From Takakia lepidozioides (Eukaryota > Plantae > Bryophyta): a stretch of 64,000 bases of DNA. The notes beneath the pieces are model-generated. The model worked only from the letters and a program-made list of their open reading frames with translations, had not been told where the DNA came from and did no database searches. Within the stretch, counting starts at the first letter, position 1, and every line of letters begins with the position of its first letter. The stretch covers positions 65,410,001-65,474,000 of the forward strand of contig CM060731.1 of NCBI GenBank assembly GCA_030704615.1. The letters are read 5' to 3'. The position numbers were made by a program, and so were the translations under genes. Of this stretch, positions 24,960 to 36,000 are shown in pieces.

Positions 24960-26343
24960 ATTGTGACTGCAGGGAGAGGGATCGGATCCTGCAACGAGCC
25001 AAGAGGTTCAAGTGGGAGGGGATACACCTACTTCGAGTGTGGGAGGATGGTCGGGTGAGGATTGTGCCTCACCCCACACAGCGTGCACGGTTAGTGCGGC
25101 ATGCCCATGAGGAGTTGGGGCATTTTGGAGTGCGACGCACTCACAGTTTACTGCAGGGGCAGTATTGGTGGCGTGGTATGCATACAGAGGTGCAACAGTT
25201 CGTGGCTAGGTGCATGGTGTGTGACAGGGTGCGTGCTTCATTCAACGCCCCTACACCACAGTTGCATCCTTTACCAATCATGGGATTGGGCTACAGGTGG
25301 AGTCTTGACTTCGCAGGACCGTTGCCACTGACTATGCGCCACCACAGATATGTGTTGGTGATGGTGGAGCACTTCTCCAAGTGGATTGAGTTGGTTCCAT
25401 TGCCTGACAGGCTAGTGAGGGGGCTGCGTATGCATTCTTGGATCGTGTGCTTAGCCGATTTGTGCTCCAGCTGAGGTACTCACGGACCAAGGGAGAGAGT
25501 TCTTGGGGGAGTTTCAGGCTTTGTGTGATAAAGCCTTGATAGACCACCGCACCACTTCTCGGGATCATCCTGAGGCCGATGGCTTAGCAGAGAGAGTTGT
25601 TCAGACGGTGAAGAGGGTTTGCGCAAGTATGGCTTGCAGAAGGGACACCTAGGAGATTGGGATCTTCAGGTTCCTTGGTTAGCCATGGGCTACAGGTTCA
25701 GCAAACAAGCATCACTTGCCTCCTTCTCACCATATTTCCTTCTCTTTGGCCGAGAGCCGGATTTGCCTGCAGCCATTCGTAGGGACACTGCTCAAGTCCT
25801 TAACCTTGACGATCCGGACATGTGGGTACGTGCATGTGATCAGCGTGCAGAGTTGTTCAAGAAAGTCATGCCCATGGCTTTTGAGAACCTTGCCATTGCA
25901 CAGCACCGTGATACGTTGAGGTATGCCACTATACGTGGTGGAGGATATCGTCCTGGGGTTCGGAGGTTTAGCCCTGGTGACTATGTTTATTTGCAGCAGA
26001 CTGCTCCTACGACTCTGGATGTTACTGCAGGGCGTGTTATTCTGAGGGTTCGAGAGGTGTTGCCCTCAGGGGTCCTGATCTTGGAGGGTCGGGATGGCAT
26101 GACTTGGAAGGACCATGTGCGTAATTGTGCGCCATGTCACCTTTCCAATGTCGATGGCAGAGTTGACCCAAACTTGGCAGTGGTACCTGCAGGTTTGAGG
26201 TGCATGCTCTGTGGGTCTGCCAAAGGGGCAGCCACATGCTGGTGTGTGATCGATGCTCAAGGGGTTGGCATATGGGATGCTTGACACCACCTCTTGAGAA
26301 GGTTCCTGACGGAGATTGGTTGTGTCCACACTGCTTGGGATAG
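24960..26343 (+). CDS. Integrase with C-terminal PHD finger, frameshifted
   Basis: HHCC (HEELGH...CMVC), DFAGP, TDQG, GLAER, SPYFLLFGR. 26201-26343 reads CMLCGSAKGAATMLVCDRCSRGWHMGCLTPPLEKVPDGDWLCPHCLG* (C4HC3) after a 1-bp correction at ~26235. Confidence 0.92.
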
Positions 26344-26602
26344 TGGCAGTGGACATGACTGGAGGCAGCTAACAAGACATGGGAGGCCAAGCTCATAGGA
26401 GTCAATACATGAGATCCCAAGCTCAAGTTCACAGGTTGCAAGACGGCGACTAACGATGGGGCAACTCTTGCACCCGCCTCTTGATCTATCGAGTTTGAGT
26501 GTAGTAGGGATAGTGGTGGAGGACTTAGTGAGGCTATGGTCACTATCACATCTTGTGGCTACCTGGACTTAGAGGGACCTAAGCACCAGCTAGGGGGGCG
26601 AT

Positions 26603-27108
26603 TGTGTGGACTAGTGACTGCCATAGTGGGCAGCATAGTGGCAGCCTAGTGACTGACTAGTTGTAGCCTAGTGGTGGACTAGTGGCTGGACTAGTGGTGG
26701 ACTAGTGGTATACTAGTGTGTGTGGTGTGCACATGTGTTGTGTGGTTTTGGACAGCGATGTAGTTGTGTAGCGATATGTATGCACGACAGCTGTCAAGTT
26801 ATTTTACCACTAGTGTGAAACTAGCTAGGAAATAGCTAGCTTTTACATATTGACATTTGGGATTGGCCCAAGTGTCAATCCAGGGGTCAAGGTTGATTTA
26901 GGCCCTGGAGTGGTTATCTTCACGGCAAGCGCGGAAGGCTCATCTTTCTCGAGTTGAGCCTCACCGCGCCTAGCTATGGCGCCGTAGTGTGGATTCCCCA
27001 TGGCGTGGGGTGCACTTGGCTTGACTTGTATTTGAGTGATGAGGTTATATATGCATGAGTTTATGCTTCAGATTTGTGAGCTCGTGCTTGTATTCTTCTT
27101 CTTTATCA
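26603..27108 (+). repeat. 3' LTR (~506 bp) of the DNMT-gypsy element
   Basis: Starts TGTGTGG right after the PPT and ends TTATCA. Contains CTAGTG micro-repeats and a TATA-like TTATATAT at ~27044. Its first ~180 bp are repeated at 27110-27286. Confidence 0.7.
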
Positions 27109-27109
27109 T

Positions 27110-27286
27110 TGTGTGGACTAGTGACTGCCATAGTGGGCAGCATAGTGGCAGCCTAGTGACTGACTAGTTGTAGCCTAGTGGTTGGACTAGTGGTGGACTA
27201 GTGGTGACTAGTGGTATACTAGTGTGTGGTGCACATGTGTTGTGTGGTTTTGGACAGCGATGTAGTTGTGTAGCGATATGTATGCG
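27110..27286 (+). repeat. Second, truncated LTR copy in head-to-tail tandem
   Basis: Near-identical to 26603-26783. Confidence 0.85.
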
Positions 27287-27668
27287 CATGACATGTGCAT
27301 GGATATAGACTTGGTGCACAAGTTTTTTATGTGTCACTGACGGATATAAATGGGAAAAGCACATTAGTGTCTCCAGAGATCAGTGATAACTGGGATGAGT
27401 GCTGGAAAGATGCCAATGAGGAGTTCGAGCTGGGTCATGATGGGGAAAGAACACCCAGCAATTCTGCAACCACATGTTCTACGTCTGGGACGGCAACCAC
27501 CGATTGCTGGCATGGATGGGATACATTCAGAAACACCATGCGAAAGACAGAGACAAGCATGTTGCTGTGGAGGCAATGGTTTTGGATCCTGGAAACAACA
27601 TTGCTAGGCTTCTTATAGCTATGCACGACGTGAACAAGTAAGTCATCCATGAGATTTCATTCCCTCTG

Positions 27669-28143
27669 TAGTGTGGTAAACACAATCTATAGTGGAAGTG
27701 TGTACATCGGCTATTCAGAACTCAGACACAAAAAAATCATTTTTATCACGAATCGGTGATGATCGGTGTCGATCATAACAGATTCTACTAGAGTGGAGCT
27801 GCAGAGAACATTGAAACTCATCATGAAAGCACAAGCAAAAGGGAGACGACATACCAGCTGACCAGGGAAACCCCCTTTCACAAGGTAGAGGCTGTTCACA
27901 CAATTCCATGTGCGCAAAACTTCAAACCCTGAAGACTTGAGGTATGATGTCAATGCCCGACGACTATCATTGTTACATGACTGAAAAAACAGAAGTGTCC
28001 CTGCATCAGAGAGGAAGTTATTACAGAACCCGAACACCCAACTCCAGTAGTTGTCCTCGAATTTGTTCCAGCTGGCGTCTTGCCTTTGGAAGAACTTCTG
28101 GCACAGCCTGGCCATCTGGGATGTCGAGAATGACAATGTCGGC
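27669..28143 (-). repeat. Inverted copy of the MTase exon region (~31245-31710) between direct duplicates 27400-27674 and 28144-28414
   Basis: Reverse-complement identity; encodes DIVILDIPDGQAVPEV...WNKFEDNYWSWVFGFCNNFLSDAGTLL on the minus strand. Confidence 0.9.
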
Positions 28144-29552
28144 TGCTGGAAAGATGCCAATGAGGAGTTCGAGCTGGGCCTCATGATGGGAAAGAACACC
28201 CAGCAATTCTGCAACCACATGTCTGGGACGGCAACCACCGATTGCTGGCATGGATGGGATACATTCAGAAACACCATGCGAAAGACAAAGACCAAGCATG
28301 TTGCTGTAGAGGCAATGGTTTTGGATCCTGGAAACGACATCGCTAGGCTTCTTACAGCTATGCACGACGTGAACAAGTAAGTCATCCAGGAGATTTCATT
28401 CCCTTTGTAGTGTCTTATTAATCCCCAAAAAACAGTTTAAGGAATGCAATGTTTCCAATGTTTTTGCAGATCGACAGAGAATCGCATGTGACAACAAGCT
28501 TGGTCCATACACTATTCCGAATTCAGAGGATTGGTCTGATGAAGCTGGATGATTTTCCACCCAATATAATCAAGAAGTGCGAAACGGGAAGAGCTGCAGG
28601 CACTTGGTATTCTTTGACACGAGAGGCGTTTTTGGAGTACATATATGCGGTAAGCCGAGTCTGTACTCAGTTTACTTTTCGAATACATGTTTGTAGTCCC
28701 TTCGGTGTTAATTTCTACTTGAATCAATGCAGCAAGAACTGGCAGAGGAAGCTGAGAAGGGGAAAATCCGAATATTACCGCACTACACCAGAGGAACTAA
28801 GGACATCAAAGGGTGTGGAAGCTGCAATAAAGAAGGAGTTTGAAATGCGAAGAAACACCAAATTGATGTCCGCCTTCGAAAGCAGCTTAGAATAGTAGAT
28901 CCTGGACTGTTCTGAGTTCCTTCAGCAGATCAAAACACACTATGACAAGCATGTGCATCCGGAGATGCAGCAGGAGAAATTGCACCGGCTGGCCATATCG
29001 ATGGTAAACCCACAAACAAAAATAAGTTGGCTGGAGATATGGAACTCAGATCAAACAGTAAAGGACTTGAATCGGTTCCAAATAGCACCATACAGCCTGG
29101 CAAGGTGGAAGGAATCAGTGATTTGGTGTTTGATAACTGGCTCCCAAGGCTACATTTGGAGTCAGGTGTGTATTCAAATATGCCGTTTTCTTTTCTTCAA
29201 GTATGTGATGAGTATCTTATTTGCAATTCTGACAAATATACAATTTGCAGCTCGAAAAGCGCGCCGTCATTGTGCTGGATCAGACTTTGAAGGACCTAAC
29301 ATTTCGATTGTTTCCCCTCCCCAAATGTCATTGGAGGCATACATAAGGAAGTGGAGAGGTCTCACCTGGAGATACTGTTTTTTCGGGAGTTCTCCAAAGA
29401 TGGTAACATTTTACGGTCCAACGACTTGACAGTCAGGTTGGAGGAGAGTGGGCATGATGCGAGTTGTGTACAGGTGCAATGTCATACTGGAAACTCTACT
29501 GTTTTTCTTGGGAAAAAATGTGGCTTCATAAGGATTGCAATCATAGATCCAA

Positions 29553-30292
29553 ATTGAATTCGTTGACGACATTCACTTCTTTGTCTGAGTCATTCTTAAG
29601 CGAGTATATGAATTCACTGGTTAGGATCTAAGGGTGTAATATAGTGTCCCTGATTAGAATTGATAATGTCCTTGAATGGCGTTGACGACATTCACATCCG
29701 GAGTTGTTGAGAGGTCCTCAGAGTTATGTAAATTTTGTAATGTCCATAGAGTTTACAATGAGGGTTCTCACTTCATTTTGCTGAATGTCAATGCAAACAT
29801 TCAGTTGTTTTGCATTGTTTTGCCTCTTGCGAGGAATCTGGAGGCTTAATAAGTTGTGTTATGAGAAATCCAAAGTGAATGTCGTTGACGACATTCACTT
29901 CTGTCTGTATTATTCACCAGCGACAATTTGAATTTACATGGATTGGGAGCTAAGTAATTGGTTCCTTGTTGGTATTTTTGTGAATGGCGTTGACATCATT
30001 CACATACAGTGTTGTTGTGAGGTCCTCAGTGATATGTTCGTTTATGAATGTGCATTGAGTTTCCGGGAGGGTTCCTTACTCGAGTTTATGATTTCCATCC
30101 TTTGATTTTGCTTCATTTGAGGAATAATTAGGCTTGATTAGGAGTGTGTATTCACAAATCCAAGTGAATGTCGTTGACGACATTCACTTCTATATCTGTG
30201 TCATTCCAAAACGATAGTTTGCATTCACTTGGATTAGGGTGTATTTACAGTATCATGAATGGAATGTTTTGAATGGCGTTGACGATATTCAC
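29553..30292. repeat. Intronic array of 24-bp palindromes GTGAATGTCGT-TG-ACGACATTCAC within a ~300-bp diverged tandem repeat
   Basis: Copies at ~29555, 29673, 29875 (perfect), 29980, 30164 (perfect) and 30269, plus a degenerate one at 29781. Confidence 0.9.
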
Positions 30293-32726
30293 ATCCGGAG
30301 GCAGTCGTGTGGTCCTGAAAGGTCCTTGGAGCAGTTCTCAGAGCCATTTCATTCTATGTTTTTTTCATTCTGTTTACTTGCATCTTACTCACTGATCGCT
30401 TTGGTGGGTTGGGATTTATCTCTATTTTTCAGGTACACGAAATATGTGCTTATGGAAGGAAATCACCTGAGCGGAATTCCAGACTATTTGACATGTGGTC
30501 GGACCCCCAAACAATCCAACCATGTATACTGCAGGGATATTGAAGGACTGGAGTCCTTCTCACTTCAGAGACTGTGGGTGGTACCTTGACTGCCCACCGG
30601 AGCACACGACCTTTCAAGAACAGCATATGAAATACTTGAACAATAACGCTGAGATGCTGGCGCCTTTGACTAACGAAGAGTACAACGAAACATAGCAACA
30701 TTGGCTGCCAAGGAGCCTGATGCTCAGGGAACGCCGCAGAAGGGAAAGAAGGCGGGCCGCAAACCAAAAGACAAGGCTATTGATGTCATAGCCATCTCAC
30801 CAGCAAAGCCAAAGGACAAAGACAAGTCCAAAGAGAAGGAAAATGACAAGGGGAAGGAGAGAAAGAAAAAGGAGATGGAGAGTGGGCAGGACTTTGCTGC
30901 TGGAAGATATACCCGCACTGTTCAGTGCGTGTTCGATGCCAAGCCACACCCTTCTCGTTCTGATTCGGCAGAGAGATGAAAATTGTTAATGAGGGTTGGC
31001 TGTCGATGATGCAGAGTCGAAAGAGAGGATACACTGGGGTGCCTTTGCCTACCTGGGACAATATAATCCTCATTCCTCAATCTGGTGAGAATTCCAGTTT
31101 CTTTCTTTTCTCTGAAAGTTTCGTTGGCAGTATTTCAGTCTCGTTCTTTGAAAACATTCTTGCCATCGTTCTTATAAAAAACATGTCTGTTGCAGGTGAG
31201 CACAGGTCCCACCTTCGTGTGCGGTGTGCAGAAACATATGCGCCACATTGTCATTCTTGACATCCCGGATGGCCAGGCTGTGCCAGAATTCTTCCAAGGG
31301 CAAGACGCCAGGCTGGAACAAATTCGAGGACAACTACTGGAGTTGGGTGTTCGGGTTCTGTAATAACTTCCTCTCTGATGCAGGGACACTTCTACTTTTT
31401 CATTCATGTGACAATGATAGTCGTCGGCATTGGCATCATACCTCAAGTCTTCAGGGTTTGAAGTTTGCGCACATGGAATTGTTTGAACAGCCTCTACCTT
31501 GTGAAAGGGGGTTTCCCTGGTCAGCTGGTATGCCGTCTCCCTTCTGCTTGTGCTTTCATGACGAGTTTCAAATGTTCTCTGCAGCTCCACTCTAGTAGAA
31601 TCTGTTATGATCGACACCGATCATCACCGATTCGTGAAAAAATGATTTTTTTGTCTGAGTCTGAATAGCCGATGTACACACTTCCACTATAGATTGTGTT
31701 TACCACACTAACCTGCTATCTCTTTGGCAGACGAGATGTTCGAGCGATCTGTCTGCGCAGGATTCGCACCTTCAAGACACCACCTCCATCCGCAGCTTTG
31801 AGATTTCTGACCAGGTTGTTTCGGTCAACCCCCCCTATGAGCCCCATGTCGATGACATTTTGTACAACTTCATGCAGTCCCAGTCAGACTCTGAAGAAAC
31901 TAGATGGCACTCCCTGGAGAGGTGCAAAAGAAAAGTCCCCAGCGTTCATGTAAATACTGCTGGAGTCATGCAGCCACCACTCTGCACGGGTGGTCGATCT
32001 TTCTGTGTCCACAGGTTTGTTCTTCCCTCCAAATTGGTTTTCTTTCAACATTTCATCCTGCTAAATCCCCCCACCAAACTGTTCATGTCCTCTTGTGTGG
32101 TGCAGGAGCAACTTACCATGCATGCAAGGCAGGCGGAAAAGCCTTTTTGGCATGGAGGGTGATTCTGACCTCTACAACACAGTGCTCCCCCCTTTTGTCT
32201 GGCTCCACTTCAGGCACACAGACTTGATCGGATTCAAAATTTGAAATGATGACGATCTCGAAGATAAGCAGGTCGACAACGACTTTTCATGTGAGTAAGT
32301 GCTAAACCCTCTTTACTCAATTTCTCAATAACATCAAAGTTACAGTAATAACTTTTCAGGCTGTCTTTTCAGGAAAGGCAGCGGTGGATCTTCAGGAGAT
32401 ACAGTCATTTCTGGCGAGTCTGTTTTCGACAGCCCCTTTCAATTTTGCTTCCTGTTTATGCCGAAGCAATGGCACTCACGCGGCCGAGTCCCTATCCCCT
32501 GACTTGTTACTGCCCAGCCGTAGGTGTATCCACGTGGATCCGGTGTTCTAAAATACTTAGACTTAGATGCAGAGGAAGCGGGGATACATTGTACTGACTC
32601 TGAGTCAGACTGAACTATATTATTTAATATCATTTTCATACTATCTGGAAAACATTGAATCCCCTTCCTCCACTCGTAGTTGTTCCTAATAATCACAGAA
32701 TCAACTTTCATTTAAATTGCAATATG

Positions 32727-33090
32727 TATGAATCCATCTCACAACCTCCCTGACTCTTCTCATATCCATTGTGCATTCATCTACAGTGTATTCATGCGTG
32801 CTCCATTCATGAATGTTTTCCTTGTTCAACATCCATTGTACATTCATCCTCTGTACTCTTTCCAATCCCACCCACAACCTTCCACACTCATTTCATATAC
32901 GTTGTGCATTCGTCAAAAGTTTGGTCATGCATCTTCCTGTCATGAATTTTTGTCATTGCTCGACATCCATTATACATTCATCCATACTCTTATCCATCCC
33001 TCATTCATCCATCTACATTCATTTTTCACACTCATCCATGTGTTTGTCATCCAACTGTACATTCATCCATCTTTTATTCAATGACTTTTA
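32727..33090. repeat. CATT/CATCC-rich low-complexity tract
   Basis: Many CATTCATC(C) motifs; inverted paralog at ~49575-49940. Confidence 0.7.
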
Positions 33091-36000
33091 TTAAGTCGTC
33101 CAGCTTATTTCCGCGGTAAAGGGTGCCAATCCGCGGACTATACACTCCACTTCTTCTTGGGCACGTGGTGACGCGGCTTTCACGTGTGATGACGTGGAGT
33201 GAGCCCCCGTGACGTGGCGTGAGCGCAGTTGCGCTTACACGCTCACACCAGCTCACGCCGAGGCATCCCTGGCTGAAATGGAGAAGTACACATTGTGTGG
33301 ACTGATGAAGAGCCGCACACGTGTGCTAGGGTCGCGCAAGCCTTCTGATGCGCGCAAAAAGATGACTGCAAAGGGGTACGGTCTGATGGGAGAGGCGCAT
33401 GCTGTCGGGGTAAGAGTGATGGGGTCGGCAATGCAGGTTGCACAACTGGAGAAGAAATGACTAGCGTGGGACCTCGAACCCTACCTGAGAGGCGCAGTGG
33501 GGGAGGGCTCAACAGACACTGTGGGAGTTCTTCGGTCGGCGGGGCGCCAATAGAAGAACCTGGAATCAAGCGGTGGAGAAGACCGTTGTGAAGAAGGACG
33601 ACTCTTCTTGAACTTGGTGTCTGGAGCTTGGACTCTGGTGCGCATCAGGAACATGTGAGCTAGGGGTCTTCACGAGTCCATTTCCGAGTGCGTACACCGT
33701 CATTCCTTTTTCGGCATGCTCTCAAGTGCTTCTTCTGAGTTGCATCGAGCCCGACTTCTATCATGCGCATGACCCAGAGCAGGGGTATGGTTGGCAACAT
33801 GACCCACTATCGCACCTTTTCACCTCTCAACTTCTATTTTCACTACTGCGCTTCTTCTTCGACTCGGTTTGTCTCATCCTTCGACATTGGCCCCTGTCCG
33901 TCTCTTCCGGTGGTGTGGGTCTTTTGTCCATTGTGTTTCGCGATGCGGTGACATCTATTGCTCGGAGGCAGGGTATCATGTACTGCGTGAGCAACCACAT
34001 CTATGACCCACACTCACGTCCACTCTACACGCCGCCGATATTGGTTCATTGCACTCCCTATGACAACATGCTGGGCATATCATGCGATCAATGAATTGCA
34101 CGACACCACATTTCGTTCAGTCATCCTTGCTTGATCTCCTCCAGGCTGTTGGCTGGAGGGTCGCTCTGCTTGAGTAGCTTACTATAGCTTCTGGACCTGA
34201 TCCCCTTGAGCGTCCTGGAACTAGTTAGTGTTGGGTCACGTACAAACCTAAAGTGGTCTCCCACAAAACATTGTCCATTCCCCATCACAAGTAAAATCAA
34301 GTAGAAGAGGGGCGCACCCGGCAACAAGGCGTATCCAAGTCGTAACGCTGTTGATGACGTCCTGTTCGCGCCACCAATGCTGTCATGCTGAAAACTCCAG
34401 AGAGTCTCTTCCTCCAATCTATATCTATACTTTCAACAAAAGGTCCTCCTTAAATCGCAACATGACTCTTGAGGTGTTACCTTCGACCCTTTTATCGAGT
34501 CGCCATCTCAAGGGGACTCCATATATTTTTAACAAAAAGGAAAAGGCAGTCATGCTAGTGAATCTACATACGCAGATAAGGACTCTTCCACAAATAGGAA
34601 ACTTTATGCCACAGCGAAAAAAGCACATTCCTTTTCTCAACTCCGTCTAATTCATTCCAGGTCCACCACTCAGCTCTAGCTGCACGAATCATAGTACTCA
34701 AGGGACTCCCATCTAATAGGGGATTCTGACGTGAAAAAAAATTCCTCTCAAAACTTATTTCCTGGATCTTGGCATTCAGACCTCCGACGGTACATGCTTA
34801 CGATGCTCCATGCATGGCTGCAGCCCCGCTTGGGCGCTTACCACGTCCACTTCGCTCATCGATGTCACGGCTACCCCCTGCAAGAAAGAAACTGGAAGAG
34901 TGGCTCTCCTGAACCATCGGAGGGCCACTCCTAACCCTATTCCGAATGAGAGCAGCGGCCAATCCTGTAGCTTAACGTCGCCTTTGCCTCGTCCAATTGC
35001 ATTCTATTGCATGCATTTTTTTACGTGCCACTCTCTGTCACATGCAGACAGACCTTTTGTTGGAAATCCTCATCATCTAGTCAGCAGAAGCTGTGCGATG
35101 GGCATCAGACATGAATGACGCGGGACGTGCAACCATCCCTGGATCATGACTTGTGGGCGATCTTGCAGAGCTCACAATGTGATGAGATCAGTGTGGTTGT
35201 GCGTTTTGTTTACGCGGCCATACCAGATGCTGCAGAGCAAGGCTTTGGGGAAGAACGAGCAACTCGGTCTTACTTCCTGCTGCATAGGACGTGGATCGTC
35301 CCCCCACTCTTCCCACCGCAATGCGACTTGTTGCCTCCTCCTCTTCCCCGCTGTCCCGACAGAGGGCTGCCTTTGCGTGGATTTTACTTGATGTCGACTA
35401 CATTCCAGGGAGGGAGATGAAGCCTGGCCGAGCTGCAATTGGAGGAGGCACAGTCAGCAGCAGGGTGGTATTGTTGGGTGTGAGCATGTCGGAGCTCTCC
35501 CATTTGCATCAGCTGCTGATTTGCTGTTTTTGGAGTTTTCTTTAGCTCATGGTGAATGGCTTCTGCGAGGTAAGGAACACTTTTGACATAGTGACATGAA
35601 TGAAACTGCAATGCTCCTCTTAACTTGCCGAGCCTTAGGACATCTGAGACAGCGGAGGGAGATGATACCTATATGTGAGGATATTCTTTAACTATGTATG
35701 TTTGTGATTCTTGACTCTGGTAGATGCCCAAGTGTATATCCAATACAGTGAATGTCGATTGCTCACGTGTAACATCTGGATCGAAGTGCATTGTCGAATT
35801 TGTAAAGCCTGAGATTGCTCAATTTCCGCAGAATATCTTTTTAAGATTCTGAAGTTCTCTTTCTTAACTCATGTCAAGACTGTCCTCCTCTAGATGAGTT
35901 TCATTGAAGCTACTTGAGGAGTTTAAGTTAGGATTTGTCTAGGTACTAGGAAGGACCCATAGGACAGCCTAAACTGCCAGTAAGGAAGTGAGAATGAGTG

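Larger units (their letters stand above)
19457..27108 (+). mobile_element. Ty3/gypsy LTR retrotransposon carrying a C5 DNA methyltransferase and a PHD finger; 5' LTR/PBS missing
   Basis: Domain order gag-PR-DNMT-RT-RH-INT-PHD, then PPT (AGCTAGGGGGGCGA, ~26588-26601) and a TG...CA LTR. Confidence 0.9.
27287..32298 (+). pseudogene. Multi-exon gene: ParB/sulfiredoxin-like N-terminal domain, Lys-rich linker and beta-class amino (N4C/N6A) methyltransferase-like C-terminal domain; 5'-truncated, frameshifted
   Basis: FYVWDGNHRLLAW at ~27477-27515. GT-AG introns at approximately 28377-28469, 28650-28732, 29166-29250, 29474-30432, 31085-31196, 31528-31730 and 32015-32106. C-terminal IVILDIPDG...FLSDAGTLL...EKSPAFMQILLESCSHHSARVVDLSVST/GATYHACKAGGRSLFGMEGD. 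Confidence 0.7.

Noticed and set aside
19400-26343. Programmed ribosomal frameshifts in pol
   Set aside because: Single-base indels are pervasive across the window, including between near-identical copies, and fit sequencing error or decay better.
29553-30292. CRISPR array (palindromic repeats with spacers)
   Set aside because: Spacers are 80-180 bp, alternate in length and resemble each other. There are no cas genes, and the array lies in a spliceosomal intron.
22008-32298. Bacterial restriction-modification locus or contamination
   Set aside because: The C5-MTase is embedded in gypsy pol, the amino-MTase-like gene has GT-AG introns, and no restriction endonuclease was recognised.
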